DNA of 64,000 bases. Origin: Chloroflexota bacterium (GTDB lineage: Bacteria; Chloroflexota; Dehalococcoidia; JACQUA01). The notes under the pieces were generated by a model. That model was given only the letters and a program-made list of their open reading frames with translations. It had not been told where the DNA came from and made no database searches. Location of the stretch: assembly GCA_016210565.1 (NCBI GenBank), contig JACQUA010000300.1, positions 264 through 64,263 on the forward strand. The letters run 5' to 3'. Of the stretch, positions 48,252 to 56,789 are shown piece after piece. Position numbers and translations under genes: made by a program. The number at the start of each line of letters is the position of its first letter. Position 1 is the first letter of the stretch.

Positions 48252-49394
48252 CTATCTCATGAGGTGCCCGAAAATCTGGACGGCCACCTCTTGAAAAGCC
48301 TGCTTCTTCAAAGCATTCTGTTTGTCCATGGTGTTGAAGTATTTGCCGCCTTCCTGCCGGATCGACTCCGGTTCGAGGAAATCAGTCGGGACGTCCAGCC
48401 GGGCGCTCTGGCCGCCGATTACCCTGGAAATCAGCGTCCCGCCCTCCCGCGACAAGGCCCAGTTGATAAACACTTTTGCCGCATTGGGGTGCGGCGGCCG
48501 GTCGAAGAAGCCAACGCCTCCTGCGCCCGAACTGAGCGAGGTCCCTTCTATTGGAAGTACCAGCTTGATGGGCGCGCCCAGTTTCACGAATTCGATCTTG
48601 TTTTCTCGCCGCCCGCCCAGTCCGACCGGGTATTTGCCCTGCGCCACCCATTCCACCTGCTGGCGCGCATCATTGGTGATGATGGGTTCCTGGGCCGCCA
48701 GGGCGACGATAAAATCGCGCCCGACGATGACTTCGGAAGCGTGATAGAGCCAGTCAAGCCCTCCCCCGGTCCTGGGGTTGAACAGGACTATCTTTCCTTT
48801 CCATTTGGGCTCCAGGAAGTTCTTGTAGCTTCTGACCTCCTCGGGCTTGACCATGTTGGTGTTTATGAATATCGGGGGCGTCGGAGAGGCCAGAATGCCG
48901 GCCCAGGTGTGGCCCTCGTCGATGAACAGCATTTTGCCGCCCCACCAGACCTTCGTGTCGAGTACTTCGGGCAGGATCAGCGCATTGTCCAGGGATTGCA
49001 GCACCTTCTGTTCGCCCAGATCGACTCCGCTGACCCCGGAAAAATACACGTCGGCGTTATACAGACCCGCCCGGCGTTCCCTCATGATCCGTTCCTCCAG
49101 TTGAACGTTGGGCGCCGCCACCCATTCCAGAGCGATGCCGTATTTCTCACGGATTTCCTTAGTAATCGGGTCGCGGACCGCCGGGCCGGAACTGGAATAC
49201 AGCATGGCTTCGCCCTCTTTCTTCGCCGCCGCCACCACCCGTTCCCACTCGGTCAGGGAACCGCCCGTTGCAGCCGCAGGAGCCTGCCCGGCGGCGCCCG
49301 CCGCCGGCGGCGCGGACGGGGCCGGGGCGCAGGCGGCGATGACCAACCCCAGTCCAACGACCAGGGCAACGAAACTGTACGCTATTCTGTTCAT
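48252..49394 (-). CDS. ABC-type solute-binding lipoprotein (paralog 3)
   Basis: MNRIAYSFVALVVGLGLVIAAC, with PHPNAAKVFINWALSREG. No transporter partners are present. Confidence 0.75.
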   Translation of the reverse strand: MNRIAYSFVALVVGLGLVIAACAPAPSAPPAAGAAGQAPAAATGGSLTEWERVVAAAKKEGEAMLYSSSGPAVRDPITKEIREKYGIALEWVAAPNVQLEERIMRERRAGLYNADVYFSGVSGVDLGEQKVLQSLDNALILPEVLDTKVWWGGKMLFIDEGHTWAGILASPTPPIFINTNMVKPEEVRSYKNFLEPKWKGKIVLFNPRTGGGLDWLYHASEVIVGRDFIVALAAQEPIITNDARQQVEWVAQGKYPVGLGGRRENKIEFVKLGAPIKLVLPIEGTSLSSGAGGVGFFDRPPHPNAAKVFINWALSREGGTLISRVIGGQSARLDVPTDFLEPESIRQEGGKYFNTMDKQNALKKQAFQEVAVQIFGHLMR

Positions 49395-49442
49395 TGACGG
49401 CCTCCTTTGTTTTGTCTGGCGCAAATCGGGTGGCGCTGACGG

Positions 49443-49849
49443 GGGTGGTTGCGCGAACCCACCAACAACCGAAATTCCAAATCCCAAGCACGAAATCCCA
49501 AACAATCAACCCATGCGCTGGCGGCGCACCATGAACAATGAAAATGGCACTGTCACCTGTCATTCTGAGCGAAGCGAGCGTAGTGAGCGTAGTCGAAGAA
49601 TCCTTCGCTCTGCTCAGGACAAGTTCTTTCGGGGTGGGCGCGAGCTGAAAGACCCTTCGACTTCGCTCAGGGTGACATTTTCTGAACAATATCAAAATCC
49701 AATGGCCAATGCCAAAACGGGTTCCCTCGGTTTGTTCACATGGAATTTGGTCATTTGATCTTGTTTGTGATCTGGAACTTGGTTATTGGAATTTGCTTCG
49801 AGCCCTGGTGGGTTCGTCCCGATGGTAATCGGGACTTAACCCACCCTAC
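49443..49849. mobile_element. third copy of the nested composite element (left head degenerate)
   Basis: CCAAA arms lie at 49470-49510 and TTTGG arms at 49735-49795. The inner GTCATTCTGAGCG...GGGTGACAT element spans 49559-49678. The right head is GGTGGGTTCGTCCCGATGGTAATCGGGACTTAACCCACCCTAC. Confidence 0.7.
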
Positions 49850-49930
49850 CTGTCTCCCGGACGTCCATGCAACCGGGGGATTGCTTCGTCCCGACGAAAT
49901 CGGGACTCGCAATGACGGCCTATACCCCTT

Positions 49931-51073
49931 CTATCTCATCAGGTGTCCGAAGATTTCGAGGGCCACCGCCTGAAAAGCCTGCTGGTCCAGGGTATGCTGT
50001 TTGTCCATGGTGTTGAAGTATTTTCCTCCCTCCTGGCGCTTGGCCTCCGGTTCGAGGAAATCGGTCGGCACATCGAGCCGGGCGCTCTGGCCGCCGATGA
50101 CCCTGGAAATCAGGGTGCCGCCCTCCCTCGACAGGGCCCAGTTGACGAATACCCTGGCCGCGTTGGGGTGCGGCGCCCTGTCGAAGAAGCCAACGCCCCC
50201 CGCGCCCGAGCTGAGCGTGGCGCCCTCCACCGGCACGATGAGCTTGATGGGCGCTCCCAGTCTCACGAACTCGATCTTGTTCTCCCTGCGCCCGCCCATT
50301 CCCACCGGGTATTTGCCCTGGGCCACCCACTCCACCTGCTGGCGCGCGTCGTTGGTGATGATGGGCTCCTGGGCGGCAATGGCTTTGAGATAATCGCGCC
50401 CCATGATAACCTCGGAAACATTATACACCCAGTCGAGACCTCCGCCGGTGCGGGGGTTAAACAGCACTATCTTGCCTTTCCACCGGGGCTCGAGGAAGTT
50501 CTTGTAGCTTCTGACCTCATCGGGGTTGACCATGTTGGTGTTGATGAATACCGGAGGCGTCGGGGAAGCCAGGATTCCGGCCCAGGTGTGGTCCTCATCG
50601 ATGAACAGCAGGTCCCCGTTCCACCAGACCTTCTTGTCCAGTACCTCGGGCAGGATCAGTATGTCGTCCAGGGGTTTCAGGACGCTTCGTCCCCCGAGAC
50701 CGATGCCGCTGGCCCCGGAGAAATAGACATCGGCCTGGTACAGGCCCGCCCGGCGCTCCCTCGTAATCCTTTCTTCCAGTTGAGCGTTCGTCGCCGCCAC
50801 CCACTCCAGCTCGATCCCGAATTTCTCACGAATTTGCTTCGTGATCGGGTCGCGGACCGCGGGCCCGGAGCTGGAATACATTATGGCCTCGCCCTCTTTC
50901 TTGGCCTCGGCTACCACCCGGTCCCACTCCGCCAGGGGATCGCTCTTGACGGCAGCGGAAGGTTGTTTGGGGGCCGGGGTCGCCGGCGGCGCGGACGGGG
51001 CCGGGCCGCAGGCGGCCACTATCAGCCCGAGTGCGAGGACCAGGCCAACCAAACTGTACACCATTCTGTTCAT
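49931..51073 (-). CDS. ABC-type solute-binding lipoprotein (paralog 4, tandem to paralog 3)
   Basis: MNRMVYSLVGLVLALGLIVAAC. It is collinear with 48252-49394. Confidence 0.75.
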   Translation of the reverse strand: MNRMVYSLVGLVLALGLIVAACGPAPSAPPATPAPKQPSAAVKSDPLAEWDRVVAEAKKEGEAIMYSSSGPAVRDPITKQIREKFGIELEWVAATNAQLEERITRERRAGLYQADVYFSGASGIGLGGRSVLKPLDDILILPEVLDKKVWWNGDLLFIDEDHTWAGILASPTPPVFINTNMVNPDEVRSYKNFLEPRWKGKIVLFNPRTGGGLDWVYNVSEVIMGRDYLKAIAAQEPIITNDARQQVEWVAQGKYPVGMGGRRENKIEFVRLGAPIKLIVPVEGATLSSGAGGVGFFDRAPHPNAARVFVNWALSREGGTLISRVIGGQSARLDVPTDFLEPEAKRQEGGKYFNTMDKQHTLDQQAFQAVALEIFGHLMR

Positions 51074-51151
51074 CGATGTCCTCCTTTTTCCAGGAAACGT
51101 ACAAACCCAATAATGAACGCTGCTTAGCGTGGTCGAAGGAGAAGGACACAT

Positions 51152-51263
51152 TTTCACACAAAGACAGGGAGACACAAAGAACACTGAGACACTTAAGGCA
51201 ACGTGATTGGGTGTCAGTGCGTCCGTACGGTCCCCTTTGTGGCCTTTGCGTCCTTGTGTGAGA
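51152..51263. mobile_element. MITE-like element with CACAAAG-repeat arms
   Basis: The arms are TTTCACACAAAGACAGGGAGACACAAAGAACACTGAGACAC and CCTTTGTGGCCTTTGCGTCCTTGTGTGAGA. An inverted copy lies at 60957-61072. Confidence 0.6.
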
Positions 51264-51318
51264 CTATGCGTCACGATTCAGCGCGTTCGTATTAGTATTC
51301 AGGCTTTGGAAACCCCTG

Positions 51319-53925
51319 TCAGGAAACCACCCCGTTAGCAATAAGCTGATCTACCTCTGCTTCGGACAGGCCCAGTATCTGGGTCAGGACCAGGTCGTTG
51401 TGCTCGCCGAGCAGCGGGGCGTGACGCCATTTCAACGGAGGCGCCGCCGACAACTTGAAACCCCAATCTTCATTCAGTTCCTTACCGGCCTCGGGGTGGT
51501 CCACCGTAATCCAGTGATTGCGGGCTTTCAACTGGGGGTCGCGATTGAGCAGGTCCTCGACGTTCTCGACCACTCCGGCGGCGACCCCGGCTTCCTGCAT
51601 GAGTTTCATGACTTCCCAGTCAGTCCTCCCCTGTGTCCAGGCGTTGACAATCTCGTCCAGCTCGTCCTGGTTTTTGAGCCTGTCCTGGAGCGAGGCAAAT
51701 CTGGCGTCTGCGGTGAGGCTGGCTTTCCCGGTGACCCGGCAGAAAGACCGCCATTCTTCTTCGGTAAAAACGGCGATGGCGCACCACCGGTCTTTCCCCT
51801 GGCAACGATAGACCCCGTGAGGGGCGGCGTAGTCCAGGCGGTTGCCGGCGGGTCCCCGGAACTTGCCGTTGACGAGATACTCGAAAATGAGTGTCTCCAT
51901 GAAGCAGAGGGTAGACTCGTACTGGCAGAGTTCGACATGCTGCCCCTGGCCTGTGATGGCCCTGTGGTAAAGAGCCGATAGCGCGCCTATCAGGGCGTGG
52001 AACGGCTGGCTGCTGGTGTCGGGATAGGAATGGGGGTTGGCCCTGATGGGGGTCTTGGCCGGGAACCGGCTGGCGTAGTCCAGGCCGCACATGGCCATGA
52101 GGTTCCAGCTCAGGGTGCGGTAGTCCCGGTAAGGCCCCTCCGTCCCGAAGGCGGGCATGGTGACAAAGATGATGTCCGGTTTGATCTTCCGGAGCGCTTC
52201 GTAGGAAAAGCCCCACCGGTCCAGAACCCCGGGCACGAAGTTGCTGATCACCACGTCGGCCCGGGCAATGAGCCGCCGGGCGATATTCATGGCCCCGGGT
52301 TTCTTCATGTCCAGGGTAACCGACAGCTTGTTGGTATTGAACTTGTTGAAATGGTTGCCCTGGTTCAGACTGGTGAGGTCCTTCGCCCCGGCGCCGGGAT
52401 GCCTGCTGCTGGAGCCGGCACGGGCCTGTTCTTCGTTTTCCACGCTGATCACCTGGGCGCCGAAGTCGGCGAAGGCCTTCCCCACCATGGGACCGGCGAC
52501 GTGCCCGGTGAATTCGACGACCCTGAGCCCCTCAAAGGGAAGCCGGCCTGTTTGCGTTCCGGCGGTCTGGGGAATGTCACCCTGAGCCGGAGCCCTGAGC
52601 GAAGCGAAGGGGTAGGCGAAGGGTCTTTCGTCTCGGTCCGTGCGGCCAATGTCACCCGGACCCCCGACTTGATCGGAGTCGAAGGGTCTTTGTCCTCCAC
52701 CCCCTGGAAGGATTCTTCGACTACGCTCGCTCCGCTCGCTTCGCTCAGAATGACAGAGGAGAATCTCGTCGTTGTGCTCGCCGAGGCGCGGCGCCGGACG
52801 GGAGATTCGCAAGGGTGTTTCCGAAAGTCTGACAGGGGCGCCCGGATATTGCAGGGTAAGTCCCAGTTGCGGATGCCCCACGGGAACAAAGAAACCGCGG
52901 CCCTTCAACTGGACGTCGTTGGCGATATCCTCCGGCGTGTTCACGGCCCCGATGACCACTCCCCTATCCTGCCCGCGGCGGAAAAGCTCGTTCTTGATGT
53001 TCCTGGCGAAGAAGGCGGTGAGGACTTCATTGACGTGCTCTATCGCCTCCGGCCGGGTGCGGTAGAACGGGTCTTCCCACTTCTCCTCTTTCAATTCGGC
53101 GGCGGCGTTCTCCGATTCCAGCCACTTGACAAACCGCTCCCACCAGGAGACGGCTGAAAGCTGGGCGATGTCAAGGAAGCCGTCCTGGCAGGGGAAGATG
53201 CCCTGGGCGGCCAGACGGCGTTCATCCCCTTCCCTGCCCCGGATGTTGCCGGTCTTTCCGTAGGCCGGAACGGTAATCTGCATGCCGACCGTCGCGGACT
53301 GCTGCAGCGACACGTCCACGTGCTGGCCCTGTCCGGTCTTCAGCCTCTGGTAGAGGGCCATGATGGTACCGGCTGCGGCCTGCGCCGATCCCAGGTTGTG
53401 TCCCTGGGCCCCGGCCATCCGCACCGGAGGCAACCCCGGCCAGCCGCACTCGAACAGCAGCCCGCTGGCGGCCAGGGCGACGATGTCCGAGGACTTGTAG
53501 TCCTTCCACGGCCCGGTCTGCCCGAAGCCGGTGATGGAGGTCATTATGAGGCCCGGGTTCAGAATCTTCAGCACTCCGTAACCCAGGCCCAGCCGGTCGA
53601 GATAACCGGGCTGGAAGGTCTCGACCAGCACGTCCGATTGCCAGACGAGCTCCTTGAGGGTCGCCTGCCCGCCGGCCGATTCAATATCCAGCGTAACGCC
53701 GCGCTTGCCGGCGTTGAAAAGGAAGAAATACAGGCTCTTCTCGGGGTCCGGCTCGTCGTGAAGGAAGGGGCCGACATTCCTGGTCGGATCGCCGCTTGGG
53801 GGCTCCACTTTGATCACGTCGGCGCCCAGGTCGGCGAGGAGCCTGGTGCAATAGGCGCCCTTCTGGTCGGCCAGGTCCAGCACCCTGATTCCGCAAAGGC
53901 AACCCTCTGGTGTGACTTCTTTCAT
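51319..53925 (-). CDS. tandem double family-III (CaiB/BaiF) CoA-transferase in one reading frame
   Basis: Domain 1 starts GIRVLDLADQKGAYCTRLLADLGADVIKVEPP. Domain 2 starts GLRVVEFTGHVAGPMVGKAFADFGAQVISVE. Each ends near GEHND. They are joined by ~60 aa encoded by a repeat element. I chose the start MKEVTPEG at 53925. Confidence 0.75.
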   Translation of the reverse strand: MKEVTPEGCLCGIRVLDLADQKGAYCTRLLADLGADVIKVEPPSGDPTRNVGPFLHDEPDPEKSLYFFLFNAGKRGVTLDIESAGGQATLKELVWQSDVLVETFQPGYLDRLGLGYGVLKILNPGLIMTSITGFGQTGPWKDYKSSDIVALAASGLLFECGWPGLPPVRMAGAQGHNLGSAQAAAGTIMALYQRLKTGQGQHVDVSLQQSATVGMQITVPAYGKTGNIRGREGDERRLAAQGIFPCQDGFLDIAQLSAVSWWERFVKWLESENAAAELKEEKWEDPFYRTRPEAIEHVNEVLTAFFARNIKNELFRRGQDRGVVIGAVNTPEDIANDVQLKGRGFFVPVGHPQLGLTLQYPGAPVRLSETPLRISRPAPRLGEHNDEILLCHSERSERSERSRRILPGGGGQRPFDSDQVGGPGDIGRTDRDERPFAYPFASLRAPAQGDIPQTAGTQTGRLPFEGLRVVEFTGHVAGPMVGKAFADFGAQVISVENEEQARAGSSSRHPGAGAKDLTSLNQGNHFNKFNTNKLSVTLDMKKPGAMNIARRLIARADVVISNFVPGVLDRWGFSYEALRKIKPDIIFVTMPAFGTEGPYRDYRTLSWNLMAMCGLDYASRFPAKTPIRANPHSYPDTSSQPFHALIGALSALYHRAITGQGQHVELCQYESTLCFMETLIFEYLVNGKFRGPAGNRLDYAAPHGVYRCQGKDRWCAIAVFTEEEWRSFCRVTGKASLTADARFASLQDRLKNQDELDEIVNAWTQGRTDWEVMKLMQEAGVAAGVVENVEDLLNRDPQLKARNHWITVDHPEAGKELNEDWGFKLSAAPPLKWRHAPLLGEHNDLVLTQILGLSEAEVDQLIANGVVS
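52576..52754 (-). repeat. GTCATTCTGAGCG...GGGTGAC element(s) embedded in-frame in the CoA-transferase ORF
   Basis: It translates as CHSERSERSERSRRIL...APAQGDI. This is the same element family as 34684, 36584, 39258 and 49559. Confidence 0.85.
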
Positions 53926-54164
53926 GTCTTGATATTCTGTAGGGGCGCGGTCTTCGCGCCCGTGTCGCGCGGTCTGCCCGCCGCCCCGGCGAGGGGACCT
54001 CGCCGCTACGCCCGGCATCGCTGAATGGTGACGTTCTCTGAGCAACTGGCCATGTCATTTGCGACGCTCACCACGAAGGATGAAAATGACGGCGCAGGCA
54101 CGGAGGCCCGCGCCACCCGGCTATTTTCAGACTAATGCAAGAATGAACTGCCACAGTGCCGGGC

Positions 54165-54276
54165 GATCGTCACTGGCAGTTGATAGTATCACATTCCCTG
54201 TTCAGCCAGCAACCCAAATGAATAATCACGAAACCTGTCCCCGAGCAGCCGGGGATTCGAATGACGAATGACCGGC
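54165..54276 (+). repeat. left copy of a ~110-bp direct repeat flanking the Fic cassette
   Basis: The core is TTGATAGTATCACATTCCCTGTTCAGCCAGCAACCCAAATGAATAAT...GGGGATTCGAATGACGAATGACC. The partner lies at 56135-56251. Confidence 0.8.
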
Positions 54277-54643
54277 TAAGTTCAAATGTTCCAGTGTTCA
54301 GGAAGGGTGGACCTTTCCCTTCATTGTTACATGAGCGTTGTTGCGAAGGGCCTTTCACCCGCCCGCCAGGTCCGGGTTCCGGGATTTCTTTTTCAGGGCA
54401 GCCGGTTATCGCTGCTCTTGTCTCAAATTTTTGGGTCATGCCCTCTCCTCGCAATGAACAAAAGTCAGGAATGTGTGATTCCACCTGCTCCGTGTGCGTG
54501 GATGAGGCGACACCCAGCCCTCCAAAAGGGCCAGGTGTTGCGCCGCAGCCACAGTCGGTTGTAAAATGGCCGTGTCAAAAGGACCTGGTTTCGGCTCAGT
54601 GGTCAGGAAAAAGAGACTCTCCAATATCCTGCCGTTCTTTTAG

Positions 54644-54814
54644 TGGTCGCCAGGCCGCTATATCGGCCTGCCCGAAGATGAGGATGATTTCGACTTCGCC
54701 GAGCGGTTCAGCAAGCTAAAGGCGGAGCTTGACGAGCAGATGAAAGAGGAAGCGCGGCTGAATGAGCTTATCCGGCGGAATCTGTCCCGTATTTCGACTT
54801 CGCTCAATGCATGA
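54644..54814 (+). pseudogene. C-terminal remnant of a type I restriction-modification methylase subunit (HsdM-like)
   Basis: The frame opens after the TAG at 54641. It reads WSPGRYIGLPEDEDDFDFAERFSKLKAELDEQMKEEARLNELIRRNL. This resembles the conserved HsdM tail (PGRYVG, an acidic stretch, a coiled helix). No upstream methylase body exists. Confidence 0.5.
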
Positions 54815-54838
54815 TTAGACATTAAACAATAACCTGGC

Positions 54839-54907
54839 AAAGTATAATAAAGAAACCTATATTAAACTGTAAAGCAATAAAGTATAATAAAGAAAACCAT
54901 ATTAAAG
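54839..54907 (+). promoter_or_regulatory. two 28-bp AT-rich direct repeats, each containing TATAAT, upstream of fic
   Basis: AAAGTATAATAAAGAAA(C/A)C(T/C)ATATTAAA occurs at 54839-54866 and 54879-54907, a 40-nt period. The second ends 13 nt before the fic GTG. No good -35 is seen. Confidence 0.35.
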
Positions 54908-54919
54908 GGAAACTGACCG

Positions 54920-56053
54920 GTGGATATCTCAGATTATAAGGCAGGGACATGGCGGAAAGGCTACCAGTATCAGTACTTCCTGCCGGAAAAGATTAACCAT
55001 TCGTTTGTCTGGACAGACGAAGGCATCAATGAACTTCTGGAAACAGCTTCTTTAAGGCTTGGGGAACTGAACTCCTTTTCAAGGTTTGTTCCCGACCCGG
55101 ATATGTTCATCAAAATGCACGTCTTCAAGGAGGCGGTCACCTCAAGCCGGATTGAAGGAACGCGTACCAATATTGAAGAAGCCATCGTCGAGGAGAAAGA
55201 AGTTAACCCCGAAAAGCGGGATGACTGGCGCGAAGTGAATAACTACGTTACGGCAATGAATACTGCCATCGAAGAACTAAAGACTCTGCCACTTTCCAAC
55301 CGGCTGATCAGGAATACTCATAAAATCCTGCTTTCGAGCGGACGCGGGGAACGCAAAAATCCGGGAGAATTCAGGGAATCGCAGAACTGGATTGGCGGCG
55401 CCAGCCTGGCGGACGCAGTGTTCATTCCGCCGGCGAATACAGAGCTGCCGGAACTGTTAGCAGACCTTGAAGAATTCCTGCATAATACGGAAATCAAGAT
55501 TCCGCATTTGATTCGCATTGCCATTGCCCATTACCAGTTTGAAACCATCCATCCTTTTCTTGATGGTAACGGCAGAATAGGGCGTTTGCTGGTTACCCTG
55601 TATCTGGTGAGCGCCGGTGTTTTAGAGAAACCATTGCTCTATCTGTCTGAGTTTTTTGAGAAGAATAAGACCCTGTACTACGATAACCTGGAACTGGTCA
55701 GGACAAAAAACGATATTGGACAATGGCTTAAATTCTTTTTGACCGGGGTTATCCAGACCGCGGAAAACGGGGTATCCACCCTGGTTAAAATTACTGACTT
55801 GAAGGCAACCATCGAGAGGGAGAAGATTCTAACGATGGGTAAACGAGCCAAACAGGGCGCGGTTTTTCTGCATGCGCTCTTTTCCAAGCCGGTAGTGACC
55901 ATCAAGGATGTTCAGAACGTCACCGGGGTTTCCTACCCGGCCGCTAACCACCTGGTACAGGCTTTCCTGACAGCCGCTATTCTCCAGGAGACGACCGGCT
56001 ACCAGCGCAACCGCGTTTTCAGCTTTGAAGAGTATTTGAGGTTGTTCCGATGA
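54920..56053 (+). CDS. class II Fic-family protein (AMPylase-type) with N-terminal inhibitory helix and C-terminal wHTH
   Basis: The Fic motif is HPFLDGNGRIGR. An intramolecular alpha-inh-like motif TSSRIEG ([ST]xxxE[GN]) lies upstream. It uses a GTG start. Confidence 0.85.
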   Translation: MDISDYKAGTWRKGYQYQYFLPEKINHSFVWTDEGINELLETASLRLGELNSFSRFVPDPDMFIKMHVFKEAVTSSRIEGTRTNIEEAIVEEKEVNPEKRDDWREVNNYVTAMNTAIEELKTLPLSNRLIRNTHKILLSSGRGERKNPGEFRESQNWIGGASLADAVFIPPANTELPELLADLEEFLHNTEIKIPHLIRIAIAHYQFETIHPFLDGNGRIGRLLVTLYLVSAGVLEKPLLYLSEFFEKNKTLYYDNLELVRTKNDIGQWLKFFLTGVIQTAENGVSTLVKITDLKATIEREKILTMGKRAKQGAVFLHALFSKPVVTIKDVQNVTGVSYPAANHLVQAFLTAAILQETTGYQRNRVFSFEEYLRLFR

Positions 56054-56134
56054 TGTACAATGGCAATCGGCGGGGGTGGAAGTATGCAAGCTGGGGGAAC
56101 ATGTTTCTATAAACTCACGCAGCGTAGATAGGGA

Positions 56135-56251
56135 TTATCGTTACCGGCACTTGATAGTAGCACATTCCCTGTTCAGCCGGCAACCCGAATGAAGAATGGC
56201 GATACCCGTCCCTCCCCGCGCCGGCGGGGATTCGAATGAGGAATGACCAGC
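56135..56251 (+). repeat. right copy of the ~110-bp direct repeat flanking the Fic cassette
   Basis: TTGATAGTAGCACATTCCCTGTTCAGCCGGCAACCCGAATGAAGAAT...GGGGATTCGAATGAGGAATGACC. Confidence 0.8.
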
Positions 56252-56414
56252 CAAGCATCTGCGCCCCAACAACATAACCCCTTGAACCGTAGCCGCCAAA
56301 GGTGTATAACTAGGGGTGTCAACAGCACTTCGTTTATATTCAGACACGACGACAGCCCTCTGGCGGTTTGTGAAAAAGAGCACAGCACACACAGAAGTGA
56401 AATCTAATGATCAC

Positions 56415-56789
56415 ATGGCGGCCGCTGGTCTGTCGCGAGCCGACAGCACATTGTTGGTGAGCGACGGGGATTCGAAAAAGGCAGCCGCGATTGACCGGCC
56501 AGGTTGGCGGCACCCGGGAGGCAAGCTGAGAGAAGCCGGCGCCGAGACCCTTTCGGACGCCGAGTTGCTGTCCATCATCGTATCCACCGGCATAAGGGGT
56601 AAGCCCGCAGAAAAAATAGCCGAAGAGATACTGGCCAAGTTCGGTTCGTTCAGGGGAATGGCAAATCAGCCTATGGAGAGGTTCATGGAAATCAAAGGAC
56701 TGGCCGATGTTAAGGTGATACGGATTGCTGCTGCCTTCGAGATTGCCAGGAGGATAGTGAAAGAGGTTCTTGAAGCCAATGAAGGATAA
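56415..56789 (+). pseudogene. radC: radC 5' fragment (HhH N-terminal domain only; JAB domain missing)
   Basis: LSDAELLSIIVSTGIRGKPAEKIAEEILAKFGSFRGMANQPMERFMEIKGLADVKVIRIAAAFEIARRI matches the RadC N-terminal region. The ORF stops where the JAB/MPN domain should begin, and it overlaps the next gene. Confidence 0.6.

Noticed and set aside
51319-54045. The full 908-aa extent of the CoA-transferase ORF from 54045.
   Set aside because: The first 40 codons (MLRERHHSAMPGVAARSPRRGGGQ...) are Arg/Gly-rich and precede the conserved N-terminus. The ATG at 53925 (MKEVTPEG...GIRVLDL) fits family N-termini better.
54165-56251. Integron-cassette interpretation of the repeats flanking fic.
   Set aside because: I find no RYYYAAC...GTTRRRY attC core pair and no imperfect internal palindrome of attC type. 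No intI gene is present. The two copies are near-identical direct repeats rather than structurally conserved but sequence-variable attC sites.
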